NCBI GenBank assembly: GCA_044345405.1
Contig: JBIJBE010000001.1
Span: forward strand, 114,025-178,024
Length of the DNA: 64,000 nucleotides
Source of the DNA: Bdellovibrionota bacterium
GTDB lineage: Bacteria; Bdellovibrionota_C; UBA2361; OMII01
Direction of reading: 5' to 3'
The translations under genes were made by a program, and so were the position numbers. Positions within the stretch are counted from its first letter, which is position 1; the number at the start of each line of letters is the position of its first letter. The notes below the pieces were generated by a model that was given only the letters and a program-made list of their open reading frames with translations, searched no databases and was not told the DNA's origin. This document shows positions 10,449 to 19,746 of this stretch, piece after piece.

Positions 10449-10850
10449 AACGTAATGCGTAAGGTTTTGTGTAATAAACGCTTCGTCTCTTCTACGTGAG
10501 ACCATTGAGCAGATGCTTCGTGCCCGCACAGTGACCGTGTGGGTTGGAAGCATCTGTTCAAATATTCGCAGCCAGCTGATGGAACGTACTCCATCGGGGT
10601 GAGCGGATAGTTCTCGTAGAGAAAGGTCAAAATGATGATGAGAAAATGCGAGTCGTTTCATATCGAGCTTGCCTCGAAGGGCAAGGCGGTCGAAACCCGT
10701 GCGTGTGTCATCAATGTGCGGGGCAATCCCGAAGATACAGGGAAGTTCGTCCGACAGCTCGGGCTGCTGGTAGGGGATTACCAAAGCAAGGCCGTCGCTG
10801 AATGGTTCGTCGGAAGATATCAATCCGGCGAGATCTTGGGATATCGCCAA
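10434..10850 (-). CDS. Orphan hypothetical protein (competes with + ORF 10632..11045)
   Basis: Frame is open back to about 11060 with no ATG upstream of 10850; the strand-specific hairpin at its stop supports minus-strand transcription. Confidence 0.35.
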   Translation of the reverse strand: MAISQDLAGLISSDEPFSDGLALVIPYQQPELSDELPCIFGIAPHIDDTRTGFDRLALRGKLDMKRLAFSHHHFDLSLRELSAHPDGVRSISWLRIFEQMLPTHTVTVRARSICSMVSRRRDEAFITQNLTHYVCYVA

Positions 10851-11493
10851 AGTCGACGAGGAATGATTTGGGCGGTCTTGGAAGGAGGCAGGTTCCAGGA
10901 GACTGAAGCCAGGGCAACAAAGTCCGCTCTGGCCATACTGAGAAGGGGCAAGGTTCCGTGCTTCAAAGTTCTGCCGAGCAGCGCTCCTTCCTCCGCTGGT
11001 GATACTGTGGATGAAGTTTTGCCGCTGCCTGGTGGTCCCTCGTAGGTACCCCTCGACGGCCTAATTCTCATCGGTGTGACGAGCACATCAAACGCGAGAG
11101 GTTTTTTAGGTATCTAAAAGGATCTTTTCGCCACGTTTGTTCGTCACCCATTTCTTCCAACCACTGATTTTCCGTTGCATTCAAAAAGGGGGCGATCTTG
11201 TCCTATAGAGCTTTAGCGCGCTGTCGCAATCGCTTTTGGCCATGCGAGCGGATAAGCCAGAGTTAGCACGAGCGGGGAACGGCAATCCCCGAAGGGACCG
11301 AAAACACAAATCGTACATCTTTTTGCTTCGGAGCATTCTTCTGCGGCGCATAGTGACTCGTTCATCGAGAGAACCGCGCCGAAAGTTTCCTCTCGAACAC
11401 AAAAAAGTTGGCCTGTACCAAAGAGAAGCTTCGAAATGTGCTGGGAGCTGTTGTAATCGCTCACTGCCAGAGGGGGTCGATATCCTCGTTAAG

Positions 11494-12513
11494 CTAGCCT
11501 TGCATTCGTTTTGCCTTCAGCTCTGTGTACTCAAGCGAAAGTAGCTCTTTGAGGTCGCTGGTGGTGTCGCCGCGTAACGCGCCGTTCTCGAGAGCGCCAG
11601 GATTAGGCTCCGTCCTAAGGAGTCGCTTGAAAAAACTTCCTACGCCCCCATCGCGATGAGGGTTGGTCGCGAGGAGCTCCTCATTGACCGCGTGATGAAG
11701 CGTTTGCAGGTCCTCCCGGGAGATTCGTGGGTGACGGTTTTTGAAATCGGTAATTAGAGGTGTCGTCAAGCGATTTACGTACGCGGCCGCTGCCTCAGCT
11801 GAGGTCGAGAACTGTCCCGGCTTAATTCCTCCGTCTTTGTAAGCGGCCTCAGCCCATCGCTGAAATTGACCGGTCCGGAGTTCGGCGGCTTCTCGAGCTC
11901 GGTCAGTGGTAGATCGGGTGTCCATGTCAGGGTTATGGGTCCACCCGGTTCGCTTCTCGATCGTTGCCGCTAGTCGCTCGGATGGGTCGATGGCGGAAAC
12001 GAGAGCGGTTGCCTTCTCACTTTTGAGCGAAAAGAGCTTTGCTGTCGAGAACGCGAGCCCAACATCACCTAGAAGATCCACTCTGAACTCTCGGTCAGCT
12101 CCGGATCCCTTTATGGTGAATCCGATCCCCGCAATCATTCCAGGCTCCTGATTCTGTCTATTTCCTTCCTGGGACAACGCGCGGTCGATAGAGTTAAATC
12201 CTGATCCCTGTCGTGACCGTAAGCCCTCTCGGAGAGACTCTCTGTCGAGATGGGTTTGTTGGCGGGCTATCTCGGTCGCTGCTCTCTCGTTTGAATAGCT
12301 TTCTTGGTGTAGTGCGGGATGAGAGGTGCCGCCTGTGTGCTTTATCGTGCCGTTGGATGAGGTGTGAGCGGAACGCATCACCTGAGATCGAAGGTCATCT
12401 CGCTTGAACGAAGTAGGGGTGGTTGAGGCTGTCGCTAGTTGGTCGCTCGGACCGCACTGCGATTCGGAAACCGCTTGTGGAGCGCGGGTCGCTTTGAACT
12501 CTTGAGCTGGCAT
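11494..12513 (-). CDS. Orphan protein with S/T/P-rich N-terminus and no signal peptide
   Basis: 339-aa ORF, ATG preceded by GAAGGT; shares its upstream element with gene 24282..25640. Confidence 0.75.
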   Translation of the reverse strand: MPAQEFKATRAPQAVSESQCGPSDQLATASTTPTSFKRDDLRSQVMRSAHTSSNGTIKHTGGTSHPALHQESYSNERAATEIARQQTHLDRESLREGLRSRQGSGFNSIDRALSQEGNRQNQEPGMIAGIGFTIKGSGADREFRVDLLGDVGLAFSTAKLFSLKSEKATALVSAIDPSERLAATIEKRTGWTHNPDMDTRSTTDRAREAAELRTGQFQRWAEAAYKDGGIKPGQFSTSAEAAAAYVNRLTTPLITDFKNRHPRISREDLQTLHHAVNEELLATNPHRDGGVGSFFKRLLRTEPNPGALENGALRGDTTSDLKELLSLEYTELKAKRMQG

Positions 12514-12574
12514 GGGTAACCTTCAAAAAACCTTACAGTAGGTTATGGTGATTGTGAGGAGAGGTGTGGCTTAG
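12511..12574 (-). promoter_or_regulatory. Conserved upstream element, copy A
   Basis: CTAAGCCACACCTCTCC...CATAACCTA...GAAGGTT..ATG; 41/64 ungapped identity to 25638..25701. Confidence 0.6.
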
Positions 12575-12618
12575 AGCTAAGTTGCCGAATGTTGTGGGGT
12601 TTGCCCCGACCTTTCCGC

Positions 12619-13065
12619 TTACAGGTAGACGTCCGTCTCCCCCGCATTCCACTGATTGAGCGCGAAGCGCTTCACCGCTTTGAAGGTTTGTAGCCGCTCA
12701 TGCACCGCTCGCTGCACCCGCCCTGTTCCGAGTCCGTGCACCACTTTGACATGTGTGAGGTCGGAAAGAATTACTGAGTCGAGCCAAGCGTCCAGCTTTC
12801 GAATCGCCTCATCTACGGTGAGTCCGTGAAGGTCGAGGGATTGAGAGGGGCGTGGGGCGTTAGACGCGCGGGAGATCGGAGCTGTAGTCGTGGATGATGG
12901 ACGAGGAGATGTTGTCGGAGTGAGATCACGCGCGGTGCACGTGATTGTGAGTGAGCCGATAGCGATTTTGTATCTATCCCCGCCAAGAATAGAGTGAACA
13001 ACGCCATCTTTCTTGAGGGAGATGACGCGAACAACATCCCCCTCATTGAAGGTTTGCTCACCCAT
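12619..13065 (-). CDS. Stand-alone KOW + Smr protein (MutS2 C-terminus-like)
   Basis: N-terminal GDVVRVISLKKDGVV (KOW-like); C-terminal LDLHGLTVDEA...VVHGLGTG...GET (Smr). Confidence 0.85.
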   Translation of the reverse strand: MGEQTFNEGDVVRVISLKKDGVVHSILGGDRYKIAIGSLTITCTARDLTPTTSPRPSSTTTAPISRASNAPRPSQSLDLHGLTVDEAIRKLDAWLDSVILSDLTHVKVVHGLGTGRVQRAVHERLQTFKAVKRFALNQWNAGETDVYL

Positions 13066-13070
13066 GACGA

Positions 13071-14333
13071 TTAATCAGCGAGTCTCACGAGGTGGTAGTT
13101 CTTCTTGCCGCTTCGAAGTACAACGAAACCCTTTGCAAGGAGCGCGGTCTCTTTGATCTTCAGCGTCTCGTTCGATACCCGCTCGCTATCGAGGTAGATG
13201 CCGCCAGCTTGCACGAGACGGCGAGCCTCTCCCTTTGACTTGGACACCGTTGTGCTTAAAAGGGTGAGGATGTCGAGTTCGTCTACCTGCGAGCGTGAAA
13301 TCGCGCTTGATGGAGCGTCCTCGAAGATCTCAAGGATCTGATCGTTAGAAAGCTCTGAAAGAGCGCCGCTAAAGAGCGCCTGCGCGCACTTCTTGGCGTC
13401 AGCGGTTGCTTGCTCCCCATGCACGAAGGTGCAGATCGAGTCCGCAAGGAGCTTCTGCGCGTCACGCTTCTCGGGTGCCGTCTTCATGAGCGCCTCAACC
13501 TCTTCGATCTTCTCCTTGGTTTCAAGGGTGAAGATCTTAAGAAGGCGAATCGCCTCGGCATCCTGAACGTTCAACCAGAACTGATGGAACTTGTACGGGC
13601 TCGTCATCTTAGGGTTGAGCCACACGGCGTTCCCTTCAGATTTTCCGAACTTCTTTCCTTCGCTGTTGGTGATGAGCGGGAAGGAGAGTGCGTACGCGTC
13701 GCCCTGGATCTTGCGGCGGATGAGCTCAAGGCCCGCGGTGATGTTGCCCCACTGATCGGAGCCTCCGATCTGCAGTTTGCAGTTCTTGTGTTGGTAGAGG
13801 TGGAGGTAGTCGAAGGCTTGCAACAGCATGTAGCTGAACTCGGTGTACGAGATCCCGTCACCGGAGAGGCGGGATTTTACCGAGTCCTTCGCGAGCATGT
13901 AATTGATGGTGAAGTGTTTGCCCACATCGCGCAGGAAGGTCAGCATCGAGACATCTTTAGTCCACTCGATGTTGTTCACGAACTCTGGCGTGATATCGAG
14001 TCCAGCGCTGCGCCACAGGTTCGCCGCTTGCGTCTGCTGAAGCTTTACGTTCTCGGCAACCTGCTCAAGGGGGAGGAGGTTTCGCTCGGCGCTCTTTCCA
14101 CCTGGATCGCCGATCATGCCGGTCGCGCCGCCAAATAGTAGAATCGGTTTGAGCCCGGCCCTCGAGAGGTGAATGCTTACGAGGAGCGCTACGAGGTTAC
14201 CAACCTGAAACGAAGGGGCTGTTGGGTCGAACCCAATGTAGAACGCGTCGCCGGCTTTGAGCTTTGAGAGGGTCTCAGGATCTGACATATCCTGGATGAG
14301 TCCGCGCCAACTGAGTTCTTCGAAAACGTTCAT
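13071..14333 (-). CDS. tyrS: Tyrosine--tRNA ligase
   Basis: YIGFDPTA, QVGN at the HIGH position, QIGGSDQWGNI, KFGKS, C-terminal S4 domain. Confidence 0.97.
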   Translation of the reverse strand: MNVFEELSWRGLIQDMSDPETLSKLKAGDAFYIGFDPTAPSFQVGNLVALLVSIHLSRAGLKPILLFGGATGMIGDPGGKSAERNLLPLEQVAENVKLQQTQAANLWRSAGLDITPEFVNNIEWTKDVSMLTFLRDVGKHFTINYMLAKDSVKSRLSGDGISYTEFSYMLLQAFDYLHLYQHKNCKLQIGGSDQWGNITAGLELIRRKIQGDAYALSFPLITNSEGKKFGKSEGNAVWLNPKMTSPYKFHQFWLNVQDAEAIRLLKIFTLETKEKIEEVEALMKTAPEKRDAQKLLADSICTFVHGEQATADAKKCAQALFSGALSELSNDQILEIFEDAPSSAISRSQVDELDILTLLSTTVSKSKGEARRLVQAGGIYLDSERVSNETLKIKETALLAKGFVVLRSGKKNYHLVRLAD

Positions 14334-14413
14334 AATTGCCTAATCTTGTGTACTTTTTGTATCTCCGCAGAGTTCTGGTACCATACAACCGGCCTGAAAG
14401 GCTGGCAACGTTT

Positions 14414-15556
14414 ATGAACTACAGGGATCCGAAAAGTATTCAGGAGGCGTTGGCCGAGCGTCGTGAGGCGCACGCGTTACGATACCTTGCGCCTGTGACT
14501 GGTGGTATCGACCTCTGCTCGAACGACTACCTCGGTATCTCGCGCAAGCTCGCCTCGATTCATCTCGCCCCGTCGTCTGAGTATGGGGTGATGGGCGCCA
14601 CGGGCTCGCGCTTGGTGAGTGGTACCACCCAAGCCCATGAGGATCTTGAGAGCTTCTTGGCTGAGTTCCACGCCGCTCCCTCAGCGCTTCTCTTTGGCTC
14701 TGGGTACGAGGCGAACGTCGGGCTCCTAAGTAGCATCGGCACCCGCCACGACACGATTATCTACGACGATCTTGTGCACGCCTCGATGCGTGACGGTATT
14801 CGCCTGAGCGCCGCCCGGTCGTACTCCTTTCGACACAACGACCTCGACGATCTTCGAAAGAAGATCGCGCAAGCCCGTGGCGATATCTTTGTCGCGGTTG
14901 AGTCGCTCTATTCCATGGATGGTCATACCGCGCCGCTTCGAGAGTTGTGCGAGGTGTGCGAGGAGATGGGCGCTTACCTAATCGTGGATGAAGCTCACGC
15001 GACCGGTGTGTATTGCAAGCGAGGGGAGGGGCTTGTGCAGCGTGAGGGGCTTGAGTCCCGAGTATACGCGCGCGTTCACACCTTTGGTAAAGGGGTGGGG
15101 TATCGCGGCGCTATCGTTATAGGAAGCGAGACCCTTCGAGAGTATCTCGTCAATTTCGCGCGCCCGTTTATCTATTCGACGGCGCCAGATCTTTTAACCC
15201 TTCGGTACATCGACCACGCGTACCGTTTGATGGCTGACGCTCATGACGAGCGGACGCGCCTGCGCGCCTTGATTAATAGTGTTCGCTTGTTGCGTGAGGA
15301 GTTTCCCGCGCTTTCGTTCCTCGATTCCGATTCCCCGATTCAAGGAGTGGTGCTTCCCTCAAACGAGCGTGTTCTCGCGGCGGAAGGGGCGCTGCAGAGT
15401 GCCGGATTCTTCGCCAAGGCGATCCGTTCTCCAACCGTGCCTCATGGTTCGGAGCGAATCCGACTCTGTTTGCACGCCTACAATACCCTCGACGAGGTGC
15501 GCGAGTGCCTCGGGATTATCGCGGATTCCCTTCCGAGAGGTGTGGTGAATGGATAG
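14414..15556 (+). CDS. bioF: 8-amino-7-oxononanoate synthase
   Basis: SNDYLG, GATGSRLVSG, SGYEANVG, HASMRDG, ESLYSMDG, VDEAHATG, HTFGKG, IRSPTVP. Confidence 0.9.
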   Translation: MNYRDPKSIQEALAERREAHALRYLAPVTGGIDLCSNDYLGISRKLASIHLAPSSEYGVMGATGSRLVSGTTQAHEDLESFLAEFHAAPSALLFGSGYEANVGLLSSIGTRHDTIIYDDLVHASMRDGIRLSAARSYSFRHNDLDDLRKKIAQARGDIFVAVESLYSMDGHTAPLRELCEVCEEMGAYLIVDEAHATGVYCKRGEGLVQREGLESRVYARVHTFGKGVGYRGAIVIGSETLREYLVNFARPFIYSTAPDLLTLRYIDHAYRLMADAHDERTRLRALINSVRLLREEFPALSFLDSDSPIQGVVLPSNERVLAAEGALQSAGFFAKAIRSPTVPHGSERIRLCLHAYNTLDEVRECLGIIADSLPRGVVNG

Positions 15557-16757
15557 GAATCTCATCATTCGCGGGCTTTCGACTATCTCGCCGTTTGGTA
15601 CGTGCCGAGCGGATATCGCTCGGCTTCTCGAGGATCCCGCGCCTCCCGCGGTGCCGTGCGCCGAAAGAAACGACCGCCCGATCTTTCCATTAACCGTTGG
15701 TGGCGAGGAGCTCGTGCGCGGCGTTGCTGGAGAGGAGCGTTACGCCCGCCTCGATAGGGTTGCGCACCTCGCCATCGCCTCGGTGCGGAGAACTCTTGAT
15801 GCCGCTCACGGTCGACACGGGGAGATCGGATGCGTCACGATCGGCTCATCTCGTGGAGCGACGCAGACCCTTGAACGGACGATCGCCGGCTTCGCCACTG
15901 ATTCATCGAAGGTGCCGACCGAGACCTCGCCGACCACAACCGCGGGGAACATCTCCTCGTGGGTCGCGCAGGAGTGTGTCGCTCGGCGTACCGGGGATGT
16001 TGCCGCAGTTTCGATCGCGAGCATCGGCACCTCGATGACCTGCTCGAGCGCCTTTCAATCACTCGTAACGGCGGCGGCGTTCGTTCGAAGTGGGATGAGC
16101 TCCGCCGCTATCTTTGGTGGGTCTGAGGCGTGTCTGACGCCGTACACCATCGCGCACCTTGAAGCGCTCAGAATTTACTCAGATGGCGCCACGCCGTGGC
16201 CGTGCAGGCCGTGTGGGAGCGTTTCGGTCGCTCAGAACACCGTGGCTTTGGGAGAGGGCGCTGGTACCGCTATCTTGATGTCTGATGATGGGGCGGCGGT
16301 CGACGGAGATCTTGCGTTACTCGGACTCGGGTGGGCTGTCGAGGAGACGCCGACCGCGACCGGTCTTTCGGCTGATGGACGAGCGTTCGAACGTTCGATG
16401 CGGATGGCTGTGGCTGCGCTTCCCGCCGGAGTTTCGGTTGATACAGTTGTGGTTCACGCGCCTGGTTCGATAAAGGGGGATGAGGCCGAGCTGACCGCCG
16501 TGTCCCGTGTTCTCACCGATGAGGTCATGGTTGCGTCTACCAAACATCTGACCGGTCACACCTACGGGGCTTCGGGCATGGTGAGCCTCGCCTTGGCCCA
16601 GGCCCTCATTGAGGGGGCGCGATGGGGTGGATTCCCCTATGAGGCGGCGGTGCGGGGACGTCCGGAAGGGACGTCGCGAGTGGTTCTTATCAATACGGCG
16701 GGGTTCGGAGGGAACTCGGTGACCCTCATTGTGGGGGCCCGAAGGGGTAGAAGTTAG
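15549..16757 (+). CDS. FabB/FabF-like beta-ketoacyl synthase
   Basis: Cys-His-His triad in TCSS, VHAPGS and KHLTGH; LGEGAG; NTAGFGG; 8-nt overlap with bioF. Confidence 0.85.
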   Translation: MDRNLIIRGLSTISPFGTCRADIARLLEDPAPPAVPCAERNDRPIFPLTVGGEELVRGVAGEERYARLDRVAHLAIASVRRTLDAAHGRHGEIGCVTIGSSRGATQTLERTIAGFATDSSKVPTETSPTTTAGNISSWVAQECVARRTGDVAAVSIASIGTSMTCSSAFQSLVTAAAFVRSGMSSAAIFGGSEACLTPYTIAHLEALRIYSDGATPWPCRPCGSVSVAQNTVALGEGAGTAILMSDDGAAVDGDLALLGLGWAVEETPTATGLSADGRAFERSMRMAVAALPAGVSVDTVVVHAPGSIKGDEAELTAVSRVLTDEVMVASTKHLTGHTYGASGMVSLALAQALIEGARWGGFPYEAAVRGRPEGTSRVVLINTAGFGGNSVTLIVGARRGRS

Positions 16758-16930
16758 GGCCGTTTACCCGATTTGAGCCCTTGCCGTCCTGTTCTCTAGC
16801 GGAAATCACAAGCTTGGGTTGAAACGGGGGCCGTTTTAGGCTACAAACCAAGGGCTTGGGAGTGCTTCCGTCCCGACCATCCCTTTTTCTGGGTTTGTCA
16901 TCGAGGAAGCTCTAGTTGTGAGGATTTATT

Positions 16931-17149
16931 ATGGCTAAGGCCGCTAAAGAAACCTTTTTCTTAGTTTCAGCAGAAGGTACTGGGTTCTTCTACACAAATC
17001 GTAAGAACAAGAAGAAGGGCAAGGGCGAGAATAAGCTCAAAGTTCGTAAGTACGATCCGGTTGCTCGTAAGCACGTTCTCTTCGAGGACAAAAAGCTTTC
17101 AAAGCTTAAGAAGAAGTACGTCGCCGCAGCTGCTGCTAAGAGCGAGTAA
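16931..17149 (+). CDS. rpmG: 50S ribosomal protein L33 (Cys-free type, C-terminal extension)
   Basis: LVSAEGTGFFYTNRKN...KYDPVARKHVLFE; SD GAGG. Confidence 0.92.
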   Translation: MAKAAKETFFLVSAEGTGFFYTNRKNKKKGKGENKLKVRKYDPVARKHVLFEDKKLSKLKKKYVAAAAAKSE

Positions 17150-17186
17150 TCCATACAGGACTAGCTTCCTTTGAGGAGGTCGTTGC

Positions 17187-19055
17187 ATGAGTCTACCCGC
17201 TGAAAGCACGGGAGCACACGCCGCGGTAGGGGACACCACCGCGGACGTATCACCATCAACGATCGCCATCGATACCTCTTCACTTTCTTCCGTTTCGCAG
17301 CCCTCCGTATGGCGAGGCATCGGCGTTGGCGTAGGGCTTATCGCGCTCGGCGTTGTTGGCTTCGCTTTGGAATACGCGGGACTAACCTCCGACACCCTAC
17401 AGATGGTGTGCGGGGTTGGTGGGCTCGTCTCCGCGGCTGTTATCCTTCGCGAGCTTGCGGACCTTCCAAAATACTCATCTCGTCGGTATTCCCCTCTTAC
17501 CTTCGTTCCAGCTACGGGGGCGCTGCTGATTAGCGCGGCGGCTATCATGGCCGCGTTCGTTCCCGGTGGTGGCGTTGACTCTATAGGCGCGGCGCTTCTC
17601 GGTGGTCCAGCGCTCACCGTTGGCGCGGTACTTGTCGTTAGAACGCTCATCTCTCGGATCTGGGAGCAGGGGGATCAGATGACCTCGTTGGTTCCTAACT
17701 TCCCGGTCGACGCGAAGATGGTGGCGGAGGGTGAGGTTTTCCCGCTGACCGCAGGTATTATCGTACCGACTGATGGGCGTATTCGCTCCGGCACATGCGC
17801 AGTTCTTGAGCGCTACCTCTCTCCGGAAGCTCACTTCCGAGTGAAAGATGAGGCTGATGTGGTGTTCGCTGGCTCCTATGTGTTGAGTGGAGAGGCGTCC
17901 GTTCAGGCTCTCACGAGCTCCTACGATTCATGTCTCAAACGACTTGAGCAGGCGGTGCTTCCCGGTCTTCGATGGGTTGAGGAGTCGCTAAAGCGTGACC
18001 ACGACCATATCGTGACCCCGCTTGTATACGTGCTGCTCTTCTGTTTCGTTTCCTCCGCGATCTTCTGGGATGAGCGAGGGGCGAGTGGAGCGACTATCCT
18101 TCTAGCCGCTGGTTCGATCTTAACGATCTCGTTGCTCCTCCAATTAGGAGAGGCGCTGTACGGAACCCGTAGCCGCTTGGTTCGAGCGTGGGCTCAACGT
18201 GGGTTCCTCATCAATTCAGCCAAAGCGTGGAGTGAACTCTATAACGTCCGCACCGTGGCGTACGATTCCTCACGGCTCGCCTCGACGACGGCGTGCCACG
18301 TGAAGGAACTGAACCTCATGGACGATCGAATTAGCGAGCACTCTCTCTGCTCCTGCATCGCCTCGATTGTTGGCCGCGCTGAGGATCCAGCTCTGGCGAT
18401 GATCGGTGATTACTGCCAGCGTGTTGTGGGCGCTATCCCGACCGATCGGGTTATCGATCTTCATGAGTATGAAGGTCGAGGTATCTGCGGCACCGTAAAG
18501 GGGATTGAGTTCTCAATAGGCTCTGAGGATTTCCTCGTTGATAGAGGGATCCTTATTCAGCCAACTGAGAGCGCTCTTGAGGAGGGCTCTGAGGATAGAG
18601 TGGTTCTTGTCGCTATCGGTGACGACCTTATCGCGCGCTTTTGGGTGGCATTTGGCCAGGCGGATCTCCTCTCTGAGGAAGCGCTTCAACGATGGCCTAA
18701 GAACCTCCACGGAAGACTCATTGACCCGTCAGAGCGTGAGCTCGCTGGTGATGTTCTTTTGGTGCGAGGTGACGAGTCGGACGTTGTCGGACGCGCGCAT
18801 TCCCCTGAGGTTGCGCTTCTTAAGCCGAACACCCTTGAGGTTCCGTCTTCGTCCGTTGTGGCTTTGACCCCTCACGTGGACCTAATCCCGGCCTTAGTGA
18901 AGGAGTGTCGGAAGCACGTGCACGAGGTATTCCGCGCCCGCGCCTGGATCCTGTTCGCGACCTTTGTGTCCGTGTGCCTCGTTTTCGCGGGGTTTGTGAC
19001 CCCTCTCGTACCGGTGGCGTTGGTGCCGGTTATCGCGCTTTGCATATTTTTCTAA
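17187..19055 (+). CDS. Degenerate P1B-type ATPase-like membrane protein
   Basis: A-, P- and N-domain layout present (VPTDGRIRSG, RGFLIN, EGRGICG), but TGES, CPC, DKTGT, HP and GDGxND are all altered. Confidence 0.75.
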   Translation: MSLPAESTGAHAAVGDTTADVSPSTIAIDTSSLSSVSQPSVWRGIGVGVGLIALGVVGFALEYAGLTSDTLQMVCGVGGLVSAAVILRELADLPKYSSRRYSPLTFVPATGALLISAAAIMAAFVPGGGVDSIGAALLGGPALTVGAVLVVRTLISRIWEQGDQMTSLVPNFPVDAKMVAEGEVFPLTAGIIVPTDGRIRSGTCAVLERYLSPEAHFRVKDEADVVFAGSYVLSGEASVQALTSSYDSCLKRLEQAVLPGLRWVEESLKRDHDHIVTPLVYVLLFCFVSSAIFWDERGASGATILLAAGSILTISLLLQLGEALYGTRSRLVRAWAQRGFLINSAKAWSELYNVRTVAYDSSRLASTTACHVKELNLMDDRISEHSLCSCIASIVGRAEDPALAMIGDYCQRVVGAIPTDRVIDLHEYEGRGICGTVKGIEFSIGSEDFLVDRGILIQPTESALEEGSEDRVVLVAIGDDLIARFWVAFGQADLLSEEALQRWPKNLHGRLIDPSERELAGDVLLVRGDESDVVGRAHSPEVALLKPNTLEVPSSSVVALTPHVDLIPALVKECRKHVHEVFRARAWILFATFVSVCLVFAGFVTPLVPVALVPVIALCIFF

Positions 19056-19243
19056 GGCCTCGTAGGGCGGTGACCAGGCAGGTTCGCCCTCCCGACTTAC
19101 CCGGTCCGATTCCCAAACCACCACCTCCGTATAGCCCCAACCCATTACCGTGCAATATCGGTCCACTATCTCACTTTTCCGAGCATCGAACGGGACCCTG
19201 CGGCATCCGAATTGTAGGGTGTATTGTTTTCCCGGAGGCTTAT

Positions 19244-19606
19244 ATGTCTGTCCCTGAGTTCCTTAATCGAGTCGGTTCGGCGTCAGATCTGTCCACGTCG
19301 GTGGTCGATGAGATAGTCGAAAGCACTCGTGGCTATGCTCGCGGTCCAGAGCGATCGCTTCTAGGAGCTCTCCTGTTCGATGGTATTCAGGCGTACATCG
19401 CGTACGCCTTGGCTGTTACCCCGAATGATAAAGCGCGTTACCTTGAGGCGTTCAACTGGATCATGGACGCGACCGCGGATGAGCCGTTTTCATTTAATGG
19501 CGTATGTGAGGCGTTAGGTATCTCACCTGAGTATCTCCGCCTCGGGCTCGCGAACGCTTCAACGTCACTTCTTTTTGAAGTGGGAAAGGCTCGTCGTAAT
19601 TTCTAG
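19244..19606 (+). CDS. Conserved hypothetical protein, paralogue of 29277..29567
   Basis: SD GGAGG before ATG 19244; motif PExxLLxAxL...AxxWxMD...PxSF..xCEAL...ExLR. Confidence 0.8.
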   Translation: MSVPEFLNRVGSASDLSTSVVDEIVESTRGYARGPERSLLGALLFDGIQAYIAYALAVTPNDKARYLEAFNWIMDATADEPFSFNGVCEALGISPEYLRLGLANASTSLLFEVGKARRNF

Positions 19607-19670
19607 CCTAAGACACTTTCCAAAGGTTTGAGCCCACTTGTCTCCCGGTTTTTATAGGTTTTAGATCCTT

Positions 19671-19724
19671 CGTTCGGCACCGCTCTTCGACTCAGGTTTT
19701 CTGAGTCGGATTGGGTGCCGAACG
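19671..19724. terminator. Long two-tier hairpin between convergent genes
   Basis: Outer stem CGTTCGGCACC/GGTGCCGAACG; inner stem CGACTCAG/CTGAGTCG. Confidence 0.7.
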
Positions 19725-19746
19725 TGTATGCGCCGCGAGGTTTTGG

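Noticed and set aside
10820-11086. Walker A-like GPPGSGKT in an 88-aa minus ORF
   Set aside because: No preceding hydrophobic strand, no Walker B, too short; probably chance.
18905-19243. N-terminal extension of ORF 18905..19606
   Set aside because: Overlaps the upstream gene; the SD and family similarity begin at ATG 19244.
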